64,000 bases of DNA, from contig CM075987.1 in the NCBI GenBank assembly GCA_038087875.1, forward strand, positions 20,336,001 to 20,400,000, given 5' to 3'. The notes beneath the pieces are model-generated. The model saw only the letters and a list, made by a program, of their open reading frames with translations, was not told where the DNA came from and ran no database searches. Numbering within the stretch: position 1 is the stretch's first letter; the number at the start of each line of letters is the position of its first letter. Position numbers and translations under genes: made by a program. This DNA is from Malacoraja senta (Eukaryota). This document shows positions 1-13,009 of the stretch, one piece after another.

Positions 1-27
1 ACTCAGTGGCATTCAGCTGGGAAACAG
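1..27 (+). CDS. FAM102A: FAM102A/EEIG1 penultimate coding exon (5'-truncated by window edge)
   Basis: Reads LSGIQLGN-R(split) and ends at CAG|GTGAG (GT at 28). It joins in phase 2 to 818-863, giving LSGIQLGNRVSAGIFEPVVIESR*, close to the recalled human FAM102A C-terminus ([23 protein letters not shown]). Synteny with DPM2 supports the call. Confidence 0.88.
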
Positions 28-817
28 GTGAGTTTTATTTATTGATGTATGATCAGTGAACATAGTTGATAGGCCCTAGCCAAATTATCTTAAAGCTTAG
101 ATATCTAGTCTGCATTTTTCCCCCTAAAGTGATCTTTTAGTACTTACCTTAAAAAATAATTAGTCTTCGATTGTATGACTAGCCTTTAGCTTTGCCTTGA
201 GCCTGTTTCGAAAAAAATATTTTGGAGTCACATTATTGATCCTTTAAAACTGCAATTGTTTTAATGTAATATATTATTGCAGGAACAGAAGTAAAGCTTG
301 AGGACACAGGTGATCCTGTTAGTACAATAAATCCTCGATATAATGGATCATTGAGGGGGGGGGGGGGATAGTGGTGTCTGTTATTGGCAATTATCTGCTA
401 GAACCGAGTAAAGGGGGTAAATATTAACTAGTTTAACCCAAGGCCAGGTGGGAAGAAACGTGGTGTCAAGGGATGTGGGGTTAAACGAGCAGGAATTCAC
501 AGGCCGGGAAGCCACAGAGACCCTGGCCCCACAAGCACTGTGCCAGGGATGGGCCCGGTACTCACACTCCCTGCATGCTGCAATGCTCTTCAAGAGTGTT
601 TTACTGCTCACTCTCTCCCCACTGACACCTGTCCACTGCCCAACACCACACTGCGCGCCACCCACAAACAGCCACCACGGACGGAAGCCTCAATCCGCTA
701 CACCTGAAATCCGTTATAAATTTGCCCATGCTCCATAATAGCTTTTGGTTAATGGAAATCTATGTTTTTAGTCTGTATTCTGCATTGAAGAATAAACAAA
801 TGTTCCTTTCTTTGCAG

Positions 818-863
818 GGTGTCAGCAGGTATCTTTGAGCCTGTTGTTATCGAGAGCCGTTGA
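818..863 (+). CDS. FAM102A: FAM102A/EEIG1 last coding exon
   Basis: Polypyrimidine tract and ttgcAG acceptor ending at 817, then G-GTG TCA GCA GGT ATC TTT GAG CCT GTT GTT ATC GAG AGC CGT TGA (VSAGIFEPVVIESR*). Confidence 0.9.
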
Positions 864-3800
864 GAAGCTTGGGGGTCATTCTGAATCTACTAACCACTTT
901 CCATTCAAGCTCCTTGTCTACTGCACATATAATCTTCTCACCCGATCATGCCGCCCACCTACACAGCTGGACTGGAGGAAGAGGGTGGCTGTTTCCATCC
1001 AATAGCCCCAAGTTTTGGCAGATGTTGATTCTCACTGCATTGGAGTGATAGGCAATTGGTTTTATGTTGCAAAATTTACTGAACCAATGCTGGGATTGAA
1101 TTTTAGGTAAAACACACTTTTGACTTTGAAAAATTATTTCAGAAATCCTTTTAAACACAATATTTAGATACCGATGCCATCTGGTTGTGATCAGTTGAAA
1201 AGGGGACCGATTTTTTATGAGATGCTGTGGCATTATTTCATGTCAGACCAGAGCATGTATAAAAGATCTCCTGCAAAAATCTGCAGACCAAGGTTGTGAA
1301 TTAAGCATGTTAGCCCATGAAACTTTCTGTGATATTAAGAAAAAAATGCTTTTAAATGTCTTTAAAGATCTTAATTGTGTTTACCGCAAACTTCAGTGCG
1401 TGGCAGGACTGCTAGTGAACAAACTAGATTGTGATTTTGATCACAAGAAAAGCACACAAGTTTTCCTATAATTTTAAGAATTCGAATACCATCATTTTTC
1501 ATATCAGAACCAGGTGTCTGGGAAAAATTGAGCTATGTTTCATGATAAGCATAGCGATCCAATCCCAAATAAAACTCTGATCATTCCAATTCCAAATCAA
1601 TGAGTCAACCATGACGCCATTAAGGCATGCTTACAATACTGTGAAGTCTTTGCACTGAGTATTTGAGTACCCTTTGGGTGTTGGATTTCTCCTGAAATCA
1701 AGTTATAGGATGTTTCTTTTAATAATGTATGTTAAACGAGTACATTTCTTTTTAGACAAGGAGCGAGTTCATTCATCTTAATTTTTATTTTAAATCCATG
1801 GTGCAGGGGAATAAAAATCAATTGTGTGTTTTAGCCTGTACGTAATGAACACTTAAAGGACAATAGCTGGTTTGAAATATTCAAGGAAAAAAAATTACAC
1901 GTAAGTGGCATCTAGTGTAATTACAATCACTTTATCAGAAAGAGATATGGGTATATTCTGCAGAGATGAGAAGTGGATCATTGAACTAGACACCTATCCC
2001 TGATATCGGCTTTGAATTACACTGTCCATAAAACAACAGGCGATCCTTGCTTTGCAGATGTTTTCTAAAACCACATTATATTTTGAGCACAAGCTGCTGT
2101 TCTAAAATGGAGATTGTCCTCAGTCCTTTGGTAAGTGTCCTTTATTACAGACTTTTGCTTGCTTAAAGCAAAGGTTTCTTTCCAGATCAAAATTTATTTT
2201 CCAGAATCGATTCTGGACCTGTCAAATGAAATAAACAACCCTTTGACGCCAAGAGTTTAACCCCAAGTTAAAGTTAGATATCTGCTGCACAGCATTAATA
2301 ACTGTTTTCCTTACAACATTGCTACTGGAACACTCCATTCTTGCCAGTGCCAAGATCTAGTGATGAATATTACATGTTCCAGTTCTACTGTACATTACCC
2401 ATTATCTACTGCTCGTCTCTGGCTGACTGTGTAAGTATTCTAATTGTCCAGATCTTGGACTTTGCAGTTCTGAGCCAGTTTGCTGCCATCAGCATTGTTG
2501 CCTCTGATGGAACAAATTACTCCAATCATTTATGCCTAGAAGCTTTTGCTCTTTTGTGATGTCATTTCCTGCACCTAAATATCTTGGCAGTGGTTAGCTA
2601 TGCACTTTGAGGATTTTAACATTTTCTGCACCATCCACGTCGTCTTGCTATTGCATGTCACCTGTGAATATTGTGGCTTGATTGACGTACTGTGAATGGT
2701 TAACTTGTACACAATCTGTATCTGTGGTATATTGAGGCCTAGAACACAAGGCTGCAATGAATAATGTCCTGATTTTTGTACTGTTTTAATAACTGTTCTG
2801 TAACAACTAGTATAAACAAAAACTTTAGCTTGTTATCTATGAATGCATAGTAAAAAATAACAATTTTTACCTGCTGGGGCATATTTAGGTAACATAGGCA
2901 GCAGGTTCACAGATGATTAAATGTACTTTCTAAGTCAGCATATTTGTTTAAATAATCTTTTTGGAACAATAGTTTAGCCACAGCAAAGGTTCTCATAGCC
3001 GTAAAATAATGCCTATTTGGCCAGCATGCGTATATAATTAAGGTTAAAATAAATATGGTGTCATTTGAACATGGTGTTTCTGCTGGTTGTGATGAGGAAA
3101 CACAGCCACCATTTCAAGTTCCACCCCAAAAAAATTGGCTTCTAGATTTTCACATTCCAGGGTGAGGTTAAGCATGCTTACACGAAGTGTGAAGAGTAAT
3201 AGTCATTTTTTTTCCATCTTCCCACAAATCTGTTACTGCTGAGATTGAGAATTGCTGTCAAATGAGAGCATGTTTGTACTGTGCATTTAAGCCAGGAATC
3301 TTTTGGTGATTAACCAAACTTGTTGATCACAACACACTTGAGCTAATGAGCTGAATTCAATTTTGAGGCACTTGAGTGAAAGAAGAATAAACCACCTAAA
3401 GCTTGTGGAAGGGTTTTAGGAACCCCCTTTTACTAAACAAAATTATTAAAGAAAATGTTCATCAGTGGTTACTGGTGCATTTTGTACATCCATTTGTGTA
3501 ACTTCTAGCTTTAATTGCTTCATTTAGTTCAGGTTTGTGGTTTACTTAATAGAGAAAAGGAACAAGTTTGGTATTAGTGCCAAGGCATGTTTAGAACCCC
3601 TGTTACTTGGATGATTAAAGTGCATACTCGCACCTATTTTGTACTTTGGTACTATTGGTTCTTGAGCTGACCCCAATCTCCATTGCTCCTCCTCCCCTGG
3701 TCCAAGTCCTTCCCTCCAATCCATCCACCTTGCATTTTAACATTCTCAGTATGCATAATTCATGGCTTTAGGCTAATCATTGCTGCAGCAGTGGTCTGTC

Positions 3801-4019
3801 TGAAACTCTTGAAGGGAGGTGTTTGTATTAATCCTCCTGTTTCAAAGTAACAACGTTGTTCCATGCCACACACAATATAGAGCAATAACTGCCACAGATG
3901 TTTAATATTACCATAAAAGTGTGTTTTACAAGTACACTCCATACTAATTATTTTTGTGTCAGTTTTCTTTTGGGATCTGGATGATGCAGGCAAGTCCAGT
4001 GATTATTTTATGTTATAGC

Positions 4020-5300
4020 TCTTCAGAAGCTGTTGAAGGGCAGCTGTTCTGAACAAACACTGCATCTTAGTAAAACTATTCCCACACAGCTGTTAGGGAA
4101 GGAATCTCGGGAATTAGACCCGTCAATGATAGAACAATGACGTTTTCCCCATTCAAGAAGGTGTGCAACTTGAAGGGGAACATGCAAGTCATAGTATTGC
4201 CATGCACTTGCTGCCCTTATTCTTTTTGGTAGAGTTTGTAGATTTGGGAGGTGCAGTTGGAACAGCCAAGGCAAGTAATTGCATTGTATTTTGTAGATTG
4301 TTACACCATGCAGCCACTGTCTGCTGGTAGCAAAATAAAATTAAGGATGGAGGATAGGTTATGAATCAATGGATGGTGTTGAACTTGCAAGTTGTTGGAT
4401 CTGCCCTCATGTAAAGGAGAGTATTCCATCTGTGTGCCTTGTTGATGGTGGAAAGGCTTTGGGGTATCAGAAAATGGTTAATTCGCTGCAGAATATCCAG
4501 CATCTGACCAGCTCTTGTGGCCTCAGATTTTATGTTGCTGGGCCAGTTGCTTTTCTGCTCATTGGTGATTTGGAAGATGTTGGCGGTAGAGGACTCAGTG
4601 AATATAATGCCCATGAATGTTAAGGAGAAATGGTTAGACTCTCTTGTCGTAGGTCACTGCAATGTGAAACATGAATGTTACTTGCCACATATCAGTCCAT
4701 GTCTGAATGTCGTCTAGGTCTTACTGTGTGTGTGTTTAATTTTCTGAAGTCATGAATGAAATGGGACATTTTGCAGTCATCAGCAAACATCTCCGCTGCC
4801 TTCCTTATAATGGAAAGAAGGTAATTGATAAAACAGCTAAACATTTGTGGGCCTAGAACATGGCTCTGTGGAGTGTAGTGATGCCCTGAACTTCACCAAC
4901 CACAACCATCTTCCTTTATGCAGGGTATGACTCCATCCATTGGAGTTCTTTTTCTTCCTTGGCATCATTCACTTCAGTTATACCAGGGTCCCTGGACGTT
5001 ACATTTGGTAACATGTAACAATGTTAGGGCAGTTGCTTTCACTTCTGGAATTCAACTATCTGGTCCATGTGGGGGCCATGCTACAATTTAATAGCCAAGT
5101 AGTCCTGGTGAAATGCAACCTGGCCATTGGTGTGCATATTATTGCTAAGTGAATACCTCTTGATAGCATCATCGTCAACATCTTCCATCACTGTGTTGTT
5201 GATTAAGAGTAGACGGATTGGGTGATAAATAGCCAGATTGGAATTCTCCATATGTCGTGAACAGGATCTGGGAAATTTTACCAGATGAATGCCTGTATTG
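4020..5300 (-). mobile_element. Decayed non-LTR retrotransposon (CR1/L2-like LINE) fragment
   Basis: Broken minus-strand ORF pieces with LINE ORF2 C-terminal character (4366-4614, 4023-4274). Boundaries approximate. Confidence 0.45.
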
Positions 5301-6148
5301 TGACAGTTCTGATGGGCGTGAAGTGCAGTCAGCTTATAAATGTATGTTCAATAAAAGCTATAGATTTGATACCCAATATTTTCTTCTGACAAAATTATAG
5401 TGAAAAAAATTTAATTGTACATCACATAAAAAAATAGTTAAATACTTTTAAATAGTTAACTACTGGTAGTTATTTGTTTTCTTTTAAGTTTTACTTGTAC
5501 AAAGTGGTCACCAGCATCAACATTTGTTCTATTTTACAATGCTTGTCCAAAAAATGGCCAGCAATTTCAAACCGATTATTTCAGGATTTGATCTCTCTAC
5601 CATTGAAGTTGTTGCATTGTGACACATGTCTAGATATAAATGTTAAACTAAGTTCTAACTTTTTAAAATACCTTTTGAATGTTGGATCAGGATCCTACAG
5701 TACACATTGGACAGGCAAACTGTTATTATATCTTATAAGAATGTCCATAGAAAATCTTTTGTGTAACTCCTTATGCATCAAAGTAATCACTTGAGTAAGT
5801 ATGTGTGTTTACCTAATATACAACCCTTTCCCAGTGGATTCTTTTATTAAGAGAAGTTAATAAACTTTTTGGGTGATGTTGAAATCCAAATATTTTCAGC
5901 ATTAAAAACACCCACAAATCAAAGTTTCAAATTAGCAAACTTTTATTGTGTTTCAATCACACAGAATATTGGAGATTAAGGTGTTCTGTTAATCAAAGTT
6001 TAAAGTAAATTATTTTCAAAGCACTTTTTCCTGTTCTACTTCCTGTTTTCGGAGGTAGGATCACAAATTACTGTAGGGCTCGCTGAATGAGGTAACTTTA
6101 ATTTGTACAGTTTGAATGCATAAATTCCAAACTACATTGTCACTCACT

Positions 6149-6343
6149 TTACACAACAAAGTGCTGAAGGAACTCAGCAGGTCAGGCAGCATCTGAAGAG
6201 GGAATGGACAGACAATGTTTCAGGTCGGTTCTCTGCTTCAGACCCGAACTAATATGTCATCTGTCCGCTCCCTGGCCCACTGAGTTCCTCCAACATTTTG
6301 TGTTTTACTCAAGATTCCAGCCTCTGCAGTTCCTCGTGTCTCC
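6149..6343. mobile_element. Penelope-derived fold-back element with TSD
   Basis: Inverted arms (aaagtgctgaaggaactcag...ctgagttcctccaacattttg). Flanked by ttgtcact(c/g)act at 6137-6148 and 6344-6355. Confidence 0.7.
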
Positions 6344-7950
6344 TTGTCACTGACTGAGCTCTGCTTATTCTGTGGCTTGACATTGCTAATAAAATACCCA
6401 ATTATATTCAACCAAAGCAAACTATTGATAACTGATGTGATTAAACAACATTGTTTCATCAAATGTAGTTTGAGTCTTTTGATTATATATCTTTGAACCC
6501 TCCTAGCCTTTTCATTCCTTTTTTTCCTGGTTTGGTTTTGTTTCTTGATCGAGGAGCTGGTAGATGAGCTTTATCCCTTCCTTCATCTTTCTCTATGCCA
6601 TAGTATCATTGAAGTATTAAGCCACCTCCAAGATCATTTTGTAAGTGATCACGTAAGCTAGGGATTAAGAAGGGCAGATCTAAAATGCAGTCGCCACAAT
6701 GGAAATTGCATTTACTTACAATACTACATAATAACCATAACTTTAAAGGGAAGGCAGGACGTTTTGATTAGAATAATGTAAGGCACCGGGTTTCTTGTTA
6801 ATGAAGGGACTGCAATGCACGAACAAATGTGAGTTCCAAAAGACCACTATTGACTTGAAGAAACTTTGCTTTTGTAGGGTATGGCCTGAGTTTGCTTTAT
6901 TCAGTCCATGATTAAGATACTGTATTAGCTATTAATCCATTTTAGAGCTCAGGTATACTACTTTACCAACTTATTTTGCCAATCAAACGTTGATGACTTT
7001 TTTTCTTAATTAACTGTTAAGTGATTGCTTTTGTTTGTGAAAATGTCCAATTTTGACCACTGTTGTAGGAACTCTTTTTTTTAAAAGATGTTTCTGAGAA
7101 GTGTTTTTGCCATGTATCGCAGTACTTGCAACTAGCAGGCTAGTTGTGTTATTTTCTTTTGCCATGATGAGTGGTTTGCCCAAAATCACGGCACCACCCA
7201 TCTACCTGTATGAAATTTAAAACATGTTTAGAACATTGCATTTAAGTGTTGATTATGTTTCTAATTTTCTTTTATAAAAAGTCAGCTTTTTTTTGGTATT
7301 ACAGTGAATGAGAATTTTACTGGACTGTTGTGACTTCCTCTGACTAAAAGATTTGGATAGTGGAGTGCCATCTAGCCACACTGATGAAGCCAGTCTCTGG
7401 CTAGACAGGATATTGATGAAATTTTCAGATGCTGTTGTGGCCTATATTAATTACCTTGGTATATCCACAGCAGTCAGCAAAATATAAAACAAATATTTCA
7501 AAGGTTTTATAGACCACCTTAAAATATTGCAGCAACAATTGATTAAAGTCAGTGTTGGTTGCAGTTAATTGCACTAGTTGTACAACGCCTTCCATGGTTG
7601 GTTTGATGATGAATCAATCAAAGCTATGGTGCACTGTCCAGTCTTAAATCATTTGTTTTATATTCTTATGTGGATTGAGAAGGGATGGGTAGTTGAAAAG
7701 AATGAGATTTAAATAATAAATCCAAATCTAACTTAAAGCCATAAACCCTTTTGATTCTGTAATTTTCCCGTACCTCCACTTGTTCTTTCCCTCTTTGAAG
7801 AGGGGCTGCAATGATGAACGGATAGCAAGGTTATGATGTTTCATGTCACATAATAAATAGCTGTCTATAGTGCATCCCAGTATTTTCTACTTGAATCTTT
7901 TCTAAATGATTAAAAGCTGAGAACAAGATGTGACCATACTTCATACTAAA

Positions 7951-8153
7951 TGCAGAATACAAAATACTGGAGTAACTCAACAGGTCAGGCAGCAACTCTG
8001 GAGGACATGGATAAGTGATGTTTTGGGTCAGGACCATATTTCAGTTTGGGACCCTTCTTCAGTTAGTTAAACGTTGACTATCCATGGCCTGACCCACTGA
8101 GTTACTTTAGTGCTGTCTTCTGTACAAGATTCCAGCATCTGCAGTATATTGTG
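7951..8153. mobile_element. Penelope-derived fold-back element with TSD
   Basis: Same family arms. Flanked by cttcata(c/a)taaa at 7939-7950 and 8154-8165. Confidence 0.7.
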
Positions 8154-9406
8154 CTTCATAATAAAGATGTATTTTAATTACCATTTGTTTCAAACTAATT
8201 TATGCAACTAGTGTTGCTAATTTGTGTGCTGGTGGGAGGGAGATGTTTTGAACTGAGATTCTACGTTTCTTTAGTAAATAAGCAATTAAAGTAATTGGAA
8301 GTAGAGGAAAGAACATTTAATTGTTAAGGGACTTGAGTTAAATTTCTTGTGCATTTTTTTTGTAAATCAAATGCAGCTAAATCCATTCGAGCTTCAGAGT
8401 TAACTGAGAACTCATCAGCTAATTGTTGTAAAATGGCTTGGTTCCCATGCTTTCCACTTTCAGAATGAGAAGGAAGTAAAGGAAGAATTGAAATCTACTG
8501 TGCGCTTCATGAATCATTGCTATCTGTTTTCTGGAGGCTTGATAGTTCTTTAAAGGCATAGAATAGGTTTACTGATTACTTCACAAATTGTGCAGTGACT
8601 CAAAGCTGGTTATGCAGGGTACTGCTTTATATTGATCATCAAAATATTATTAGTTACTTCCCCGGTAAATTTTACTTGTTCCTGAATTTTCTCAAGGTTT
8701 GTTTGTGGCATTTCTATACTACATGGAAAAGGGGTGGGGTACTTTGCAGATTCTAAAAGTAATTACTAGCAATCAATCTTAAAATTTGCCTGCTTTCAAA
8801 TGTCATGTTTGTTTTTAACTCTTTTTATTCATTAAATGCCAACCCTAACGGGACTGCTGAATGTGACCTGTACCTGGATAGCACGTTAAATAGACTGAAA
8901 TAAATTACTTTTATCATACTCTTTTAATCAGCTCTTTGTTGAGGGCAAATGATGTGTGGCTAACTGGCACTCCACTTGTCGTAAGCGATTTTGTATGTTT
9001 CTGAAGGGGATTTGAAGCTATGCATTGGGAGTCCAGGCCCTTCAATAGATGGATTTAACATTTTCTGAAATGACCTAACTGTCAACTAAAGTTGAATAAT
9101 GACAAAATATTTTTATGATTTTGTTTAAAAAAAAGTGTAATAGAATGTATTCAAAATGATATACAGTATTTAGACACTTATTTTTGTGATTCAATGGAGG
9201 TGGGTGTACAGGTTTCTTAAGTGCCCAGAGGATGTGGAATTTATAGAAATGTTTATCAGCTGGAATATTGTATAACATTTAAATATGTTTAGAATGCACA
9301 ATGGTTAAAGAAAATTGTATTAAGGTTATTTGTTTCATATTTTAAAATGTAACTATAGGACAGTATCATGTAATACTGTGTTTTCTGGGAAATGATATTG
9401 GGTACC

Positions 9407-9440
9407 TGTATTAACAATAAAAGCTGTTATTTTGTGTTTA
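9407..9440 (+). terminator. Candidate distal polyadenylation signal of FAM102A
   Basis: TGTA at 9407, AATAAA at 9416-9421, then U/GU-rich sequence, at the end of an AU-rich UTR-like stretch. Several more proximal AATAAA exist (e.g. 3048), so the true end is uncertain. Confidence 0.35.
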
Positions 9441-10114
9441 GCATAAAGAGTTTTATTTTATGAAAAAAATGTAAAATATCGGTTTTCATTGCACTCGCAA
9501 TTTGAGTGATGTGCAAAGTGGGTATATTAAGGTATCATTATTGTTTCACAACTTCCTTGGCTCCTGTTATGGTTCTGCAGACCTATTCACTTGCCTAAAT
9601 GGTCAACTCTCACGCAAGGCAACATGGTCTGTATTGGCAGTATGCTCATCTGCTGGATGGCATCACGGGTCACTTGTTACCATCATACCAACAGAGGACC
9701 TTGGAGAGGTTCCTACACTGTAACTCCAACTATTTCCGTATTTTTGAAACTTAACGACAGTTGTTAGTTCATAACATTGTCTGCAAATGGCAAATTCAGC
9801 ATACACAAGGGAGTTAATTCCTTAAAGTATAGCTTTGAACATATCAGGTTGTACATTCAACCCTTTGAGGCACTGATAGTGTTCAACAAACAACTAGACA
9901 GTGAACACTTTCAAAAGTTTTTAAGAAGCTCCAAACATCTCATAGAATATTACAGCTTTAGAGCACATTCAGTGTGACATGACCGCACTATAAAGCTACA
10001 GTAAAGCTAGCCGATTTGTAATCCTTCAAAGATCTTGCCCATCCAGTAAATTTTCAAAGGATTGTAGAAATAATAAATTTGAAAATAAAAATTCCTGAAC
10101 AGCCATGGTTTGAA

Positions 10115-10120
10115 TTTATT
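10115..10120 (-). terminator. Candidate polyA signal of the MRH-domain gene
   Basis: AATAAA on the minus strand about 440 nt downstream of the stop codon. Confidence 0.35.
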
Positions 10121-10561
10121 CACTGGATCATTCATTCAGGTTTCTGGATCACCAATTGATTAACATAGTAATTGTACTCTCAAATTCTTACAACACATTG
10201 GATGAATTTCTATCATTGATTTGTGAATTCATAAGCAATAAATATTCTACTCCCAACCTCGTGTTAAAATGTTTAACTCCCAAAGTGTTGGTTTTAACAA
10301 GGAGTCCTCGGAAACCATTTGCCAGAACCTCAGCGCAAAGATTTTGGAAATAATTGATGCACCATCATGAGTTATTTTTCTTTAAATCTATGGGGAAATA
10401 TTCCCAAAACATGCTTTAGTTTGTCTTTCAAAGCTGTAGAGCTAACTTCTATAAAATAACACCACTTTTTAAATACATTCGATCTGAATAGGGAAGGAAA
10501 AATGAAATCTGAATGTTTTGCAGCAAATACTTTGTGGGTGTGCATTGCAGATCAAAGGAAG

Positions 10562-10710
10562 CTAATCTGGGATATTGCTTAATCGGTTATGTCTCTGTCT
10601 TGTGCTCTTTCTTCTTTCCACACACGCAAAGCACAAGCTTAACCAGATGTTTTCCTTGGGAATAATTTCGATGCCATTTGGAGTTCTGACTGGATCGAAT
10701 GCACACAAGC
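10562..10710 (-). CDS. MRH/ATG27-like (CD-M6PR-like) membrane protein, last coding exon (cytoplasmic tail)
   Basis: Minus-strand acceptor ttattttctcAG (10711-10713), phase 1. Encodes (G)LCAFDPVRTPNGIEIIPKENIWLSLCFACVERRKSTRQRHNRLSNIPD* with TAG at 10562-10564. The G-x-E-x-x-P-x4-W segment resembles the CD-M6PR juxtamembrane tail. Confidence 0.82.
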
Positions 10711-10824
10711 CTGAGAAAATAACCAGAGAGACTTCAGATTCCTCACTTCCATGTTGCTATTAACAAATAGTTATTTGATGGTTCAAGGGACTTAGCAACT
10801 TAAGGGTTCATGTGCACCAAAAAA

Positions 10825-11073
10825 ACTATATTGTTTGTAGTATCTTGTTAGTAACCCCAGAATCCCCAGACGAACTAGTTGTAAGAGATTTGTCCCTTGC
10901 CAGAAATCCATTATCGTCTCCCACTGCTGCTAGGTTAATTACTCCTGATCCATCCTTCATTATACATTTGCAGGAATTCAGCTTAATGCATTCTGATCTC
11001 TGGGAGAAAGAGCGAGAAGACTGTACTATCAGCAGCAAGTATACTATATTGTTTGTAGTATCTTGTTAGTAAC
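10825..11073 (-). pseudogene. Intronic duplicate of 186 nt of the MRH gene's first coding exon, flanked by 31-bp direct repeats
   Basis: 10858-11043 matches 13769-13954 with 9 substitutions by my count. The identical sequence actatattgtttgtagtatcttgttagtaac occurs at 10825-10855 and 11043-11073. Confidence 0.9.
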
Positions 11074-11624
11074 AAGGTCCAACAGCATTTAAAATGAATC
11101 AGAATGGCTTAAGGTATGTTATGTTCCTTAAGCCAAAATAGAGATAACTTAATTGGTTTGAAACATGATAAATTGCCAAACTATCTGTTTTAGTGGAGGG
11201 ATAAATATCAGTCTGGACAACAAGCATGTTCCTGTACTTATTTGAATTGGTTAAACAGCTCGGACCATTCAACACTATTTCAGTACACTGAGTTGTCACC
11301 CACCCCACTCCCCACCACCGAATGAATGTCTTCACTTTACCAAGGCGGTATATTAATTGATAATTGTAATCATGCTTCATCTTATGCTTATTGATCTATA
11401 ATATTTCGTGGTCCCAAAATACCTTACTTTAAATTCTTGGATTTAAATCATTTGCCGACCTTCCCCTTCCACCGCATATCTCTCTCAACACGCGAAACTC
11501 CACTATAAAGTTATGTTTGGCTGCTTGTAAATTAACCCCGCCCCAGCACTGTCCCATCCTTGACCCACAATTGATGCTGTCCTTTCTATCGTCCACTATT
11601 CCCTTTAATGTAAAGCAAGTTTAC

Positions 11625-11880
11625 AGGGCTTCTAGAAACAGGCCCATTGAGTCCACGCTGACCATCAGTCACCCATTCACACTAGTTCTATGTTATCCCG
11701 CTTTCTCATCCACTCACTTCACACAGGGCAATTTACAGAGGCCGATTAAACTACAGTTCAGCATGTCTTTGGGAGGAACCGGTTCACCCAGAGGAAACCC
11801 AAGCTGTCACAGGGAGAACGTGCATACTCCACACAGACTGCATCTGAGGTCAGGATCGAACCCAGGTCTCTACCAGCTGT
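11625..11880 (-). mobile_element. tRNA-derived V-SINE (HE1-like), decayed
   Basis: Reverse complement of B-box (ggttcgatcc) and V-domain (gtgtggagtatgcacgttctccctgtgac...). Confidence 0.65.
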
Positions 11881-12096
11881 CAACATCTCAAATCTTATTA
11901 ATAATCGAGATGCCATGCTTTGCAGTTCCTTTATAACGTTTTTGCACCTCTACTCCTTTAGCCCTTCCTTGAACATCACTAAAAGTTTTGATTTAACTTT
12001 TGGTCACCCCCTCTGTTTTTCCTTAATTTTTCTCCTGTAGTTTTGATGATTTCTATGTTAAAAATGCTGCTTGACTGAAAGCCACCATTAACCCAC

Positions 12097-12312
12097 CAAA
12101 CAAGAAGTAGGCTGTAATAGTTATGCTGAACACCACTAAGATGATGGTTCCTGGACCCACATCGGCAGGCTTGCAGCTGTTGGGGCAGGCACAAGGGCTA
12201 TCGATAGAAATCCATAACACATCGGGATTCTCTGCTTCTTGAGAGGGAGTCACTGAGCGACTGGAGCTGCAAATGTATCGAACCACTGTCTGCCGTGAAC
12301 TGCTGGGTGATG
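12097..12312 (-). CDS. MRH/ATG27-like membrane protein, middle coding exon (end of MRH domain plus TM helix)
   Basis: Acceptor ttacAG at 12313-12315, donor G|GTGGGT at 12096; 216 nt, phase 1-1. Encodes ASPSSSRQTVVRYIC...LWISIDSPCACPNSCKPADVGPGTIILVVFSITITAYFLFG. Confidence 0.85.
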
Positions 12313-12431
12313 CTGTAACGTATAAGGAAGAGAATTAAAACTGCACTGCAAGTGAGCAAAGCAACAAAAATAATTTACAGTTGTTGGTACCTTTTGATCA
12401 GTGAAATAAGCCAAAACACTTCAAACATCAA

Positions 12432-12724
12432 AGCTCTCTTATACCTGCATTAAGGAGGCAATTAAACACACCTGAGCAATTACAAACGGCTGTGAAGCCA
12501 TGTGTCCCAAACATTATGATGCCCTGAAATGGGGGGACTATGTATAAACACAGCTGTAATTTCTACATGGTGAAACCAAAATGTATTAAAATGGCCTTTA
12601 TTAAAATCTGACAACGTGCACTTCAACCACATGTGATTTTTTCTATTACAAATCTCAAATTGGGGAGTACAGAGGCAAATAAATAAATGATGGGTCTTTG
12701 TCCCAAACATTATGGACGGCACTG
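12432..12724. mobile_element. Tc1-like transposon terminal fragment (same family as 21586-22150)
   Basis: Near-identical to 21857-22150. Ends ...cactg followed by TA. Confidence 0.8.
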
Positions 12725-13009
12725 TATATTTAACAGGCAAAGGCACTTCACAGTAGAGTTATCAAACACAATTTGACAAGTTACACTAGAAACAGTTTGT
12801 GGTAGCTTATTTGATGTGGTAGGTTTTAAACTCAAGAGTCAGAAATTTGAGGGAATTTTCTACTTGGGGAGTTTAGCTTTGTGTTGTTGCTGATACAAGA
12901 GATGCTATAATCTTGGCATATTTCTCTTAATTCTTCCCTGGCTGCACTTGCCCTCCTTTCCTATTTCTTCAATGCATAATAAATCTTTACAAGAGCACAA
13001 ATTCCCTTA

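Noticed and set aside
282-780. Possible extra FAM102A exon or Tigger-like MITE in the last intron
   Set aside because: Exons 1-27 and 818-863 already join in frame. A TIR-like start is visible at ~323 but I could not find a matching right end.
10826-11038. 70-aa ORF as a second paralogous MRH gene
   Set aside because: Only a 186-nt fragment without a start exon, located inside the parent gene's intron. Treated as a templated insertion.
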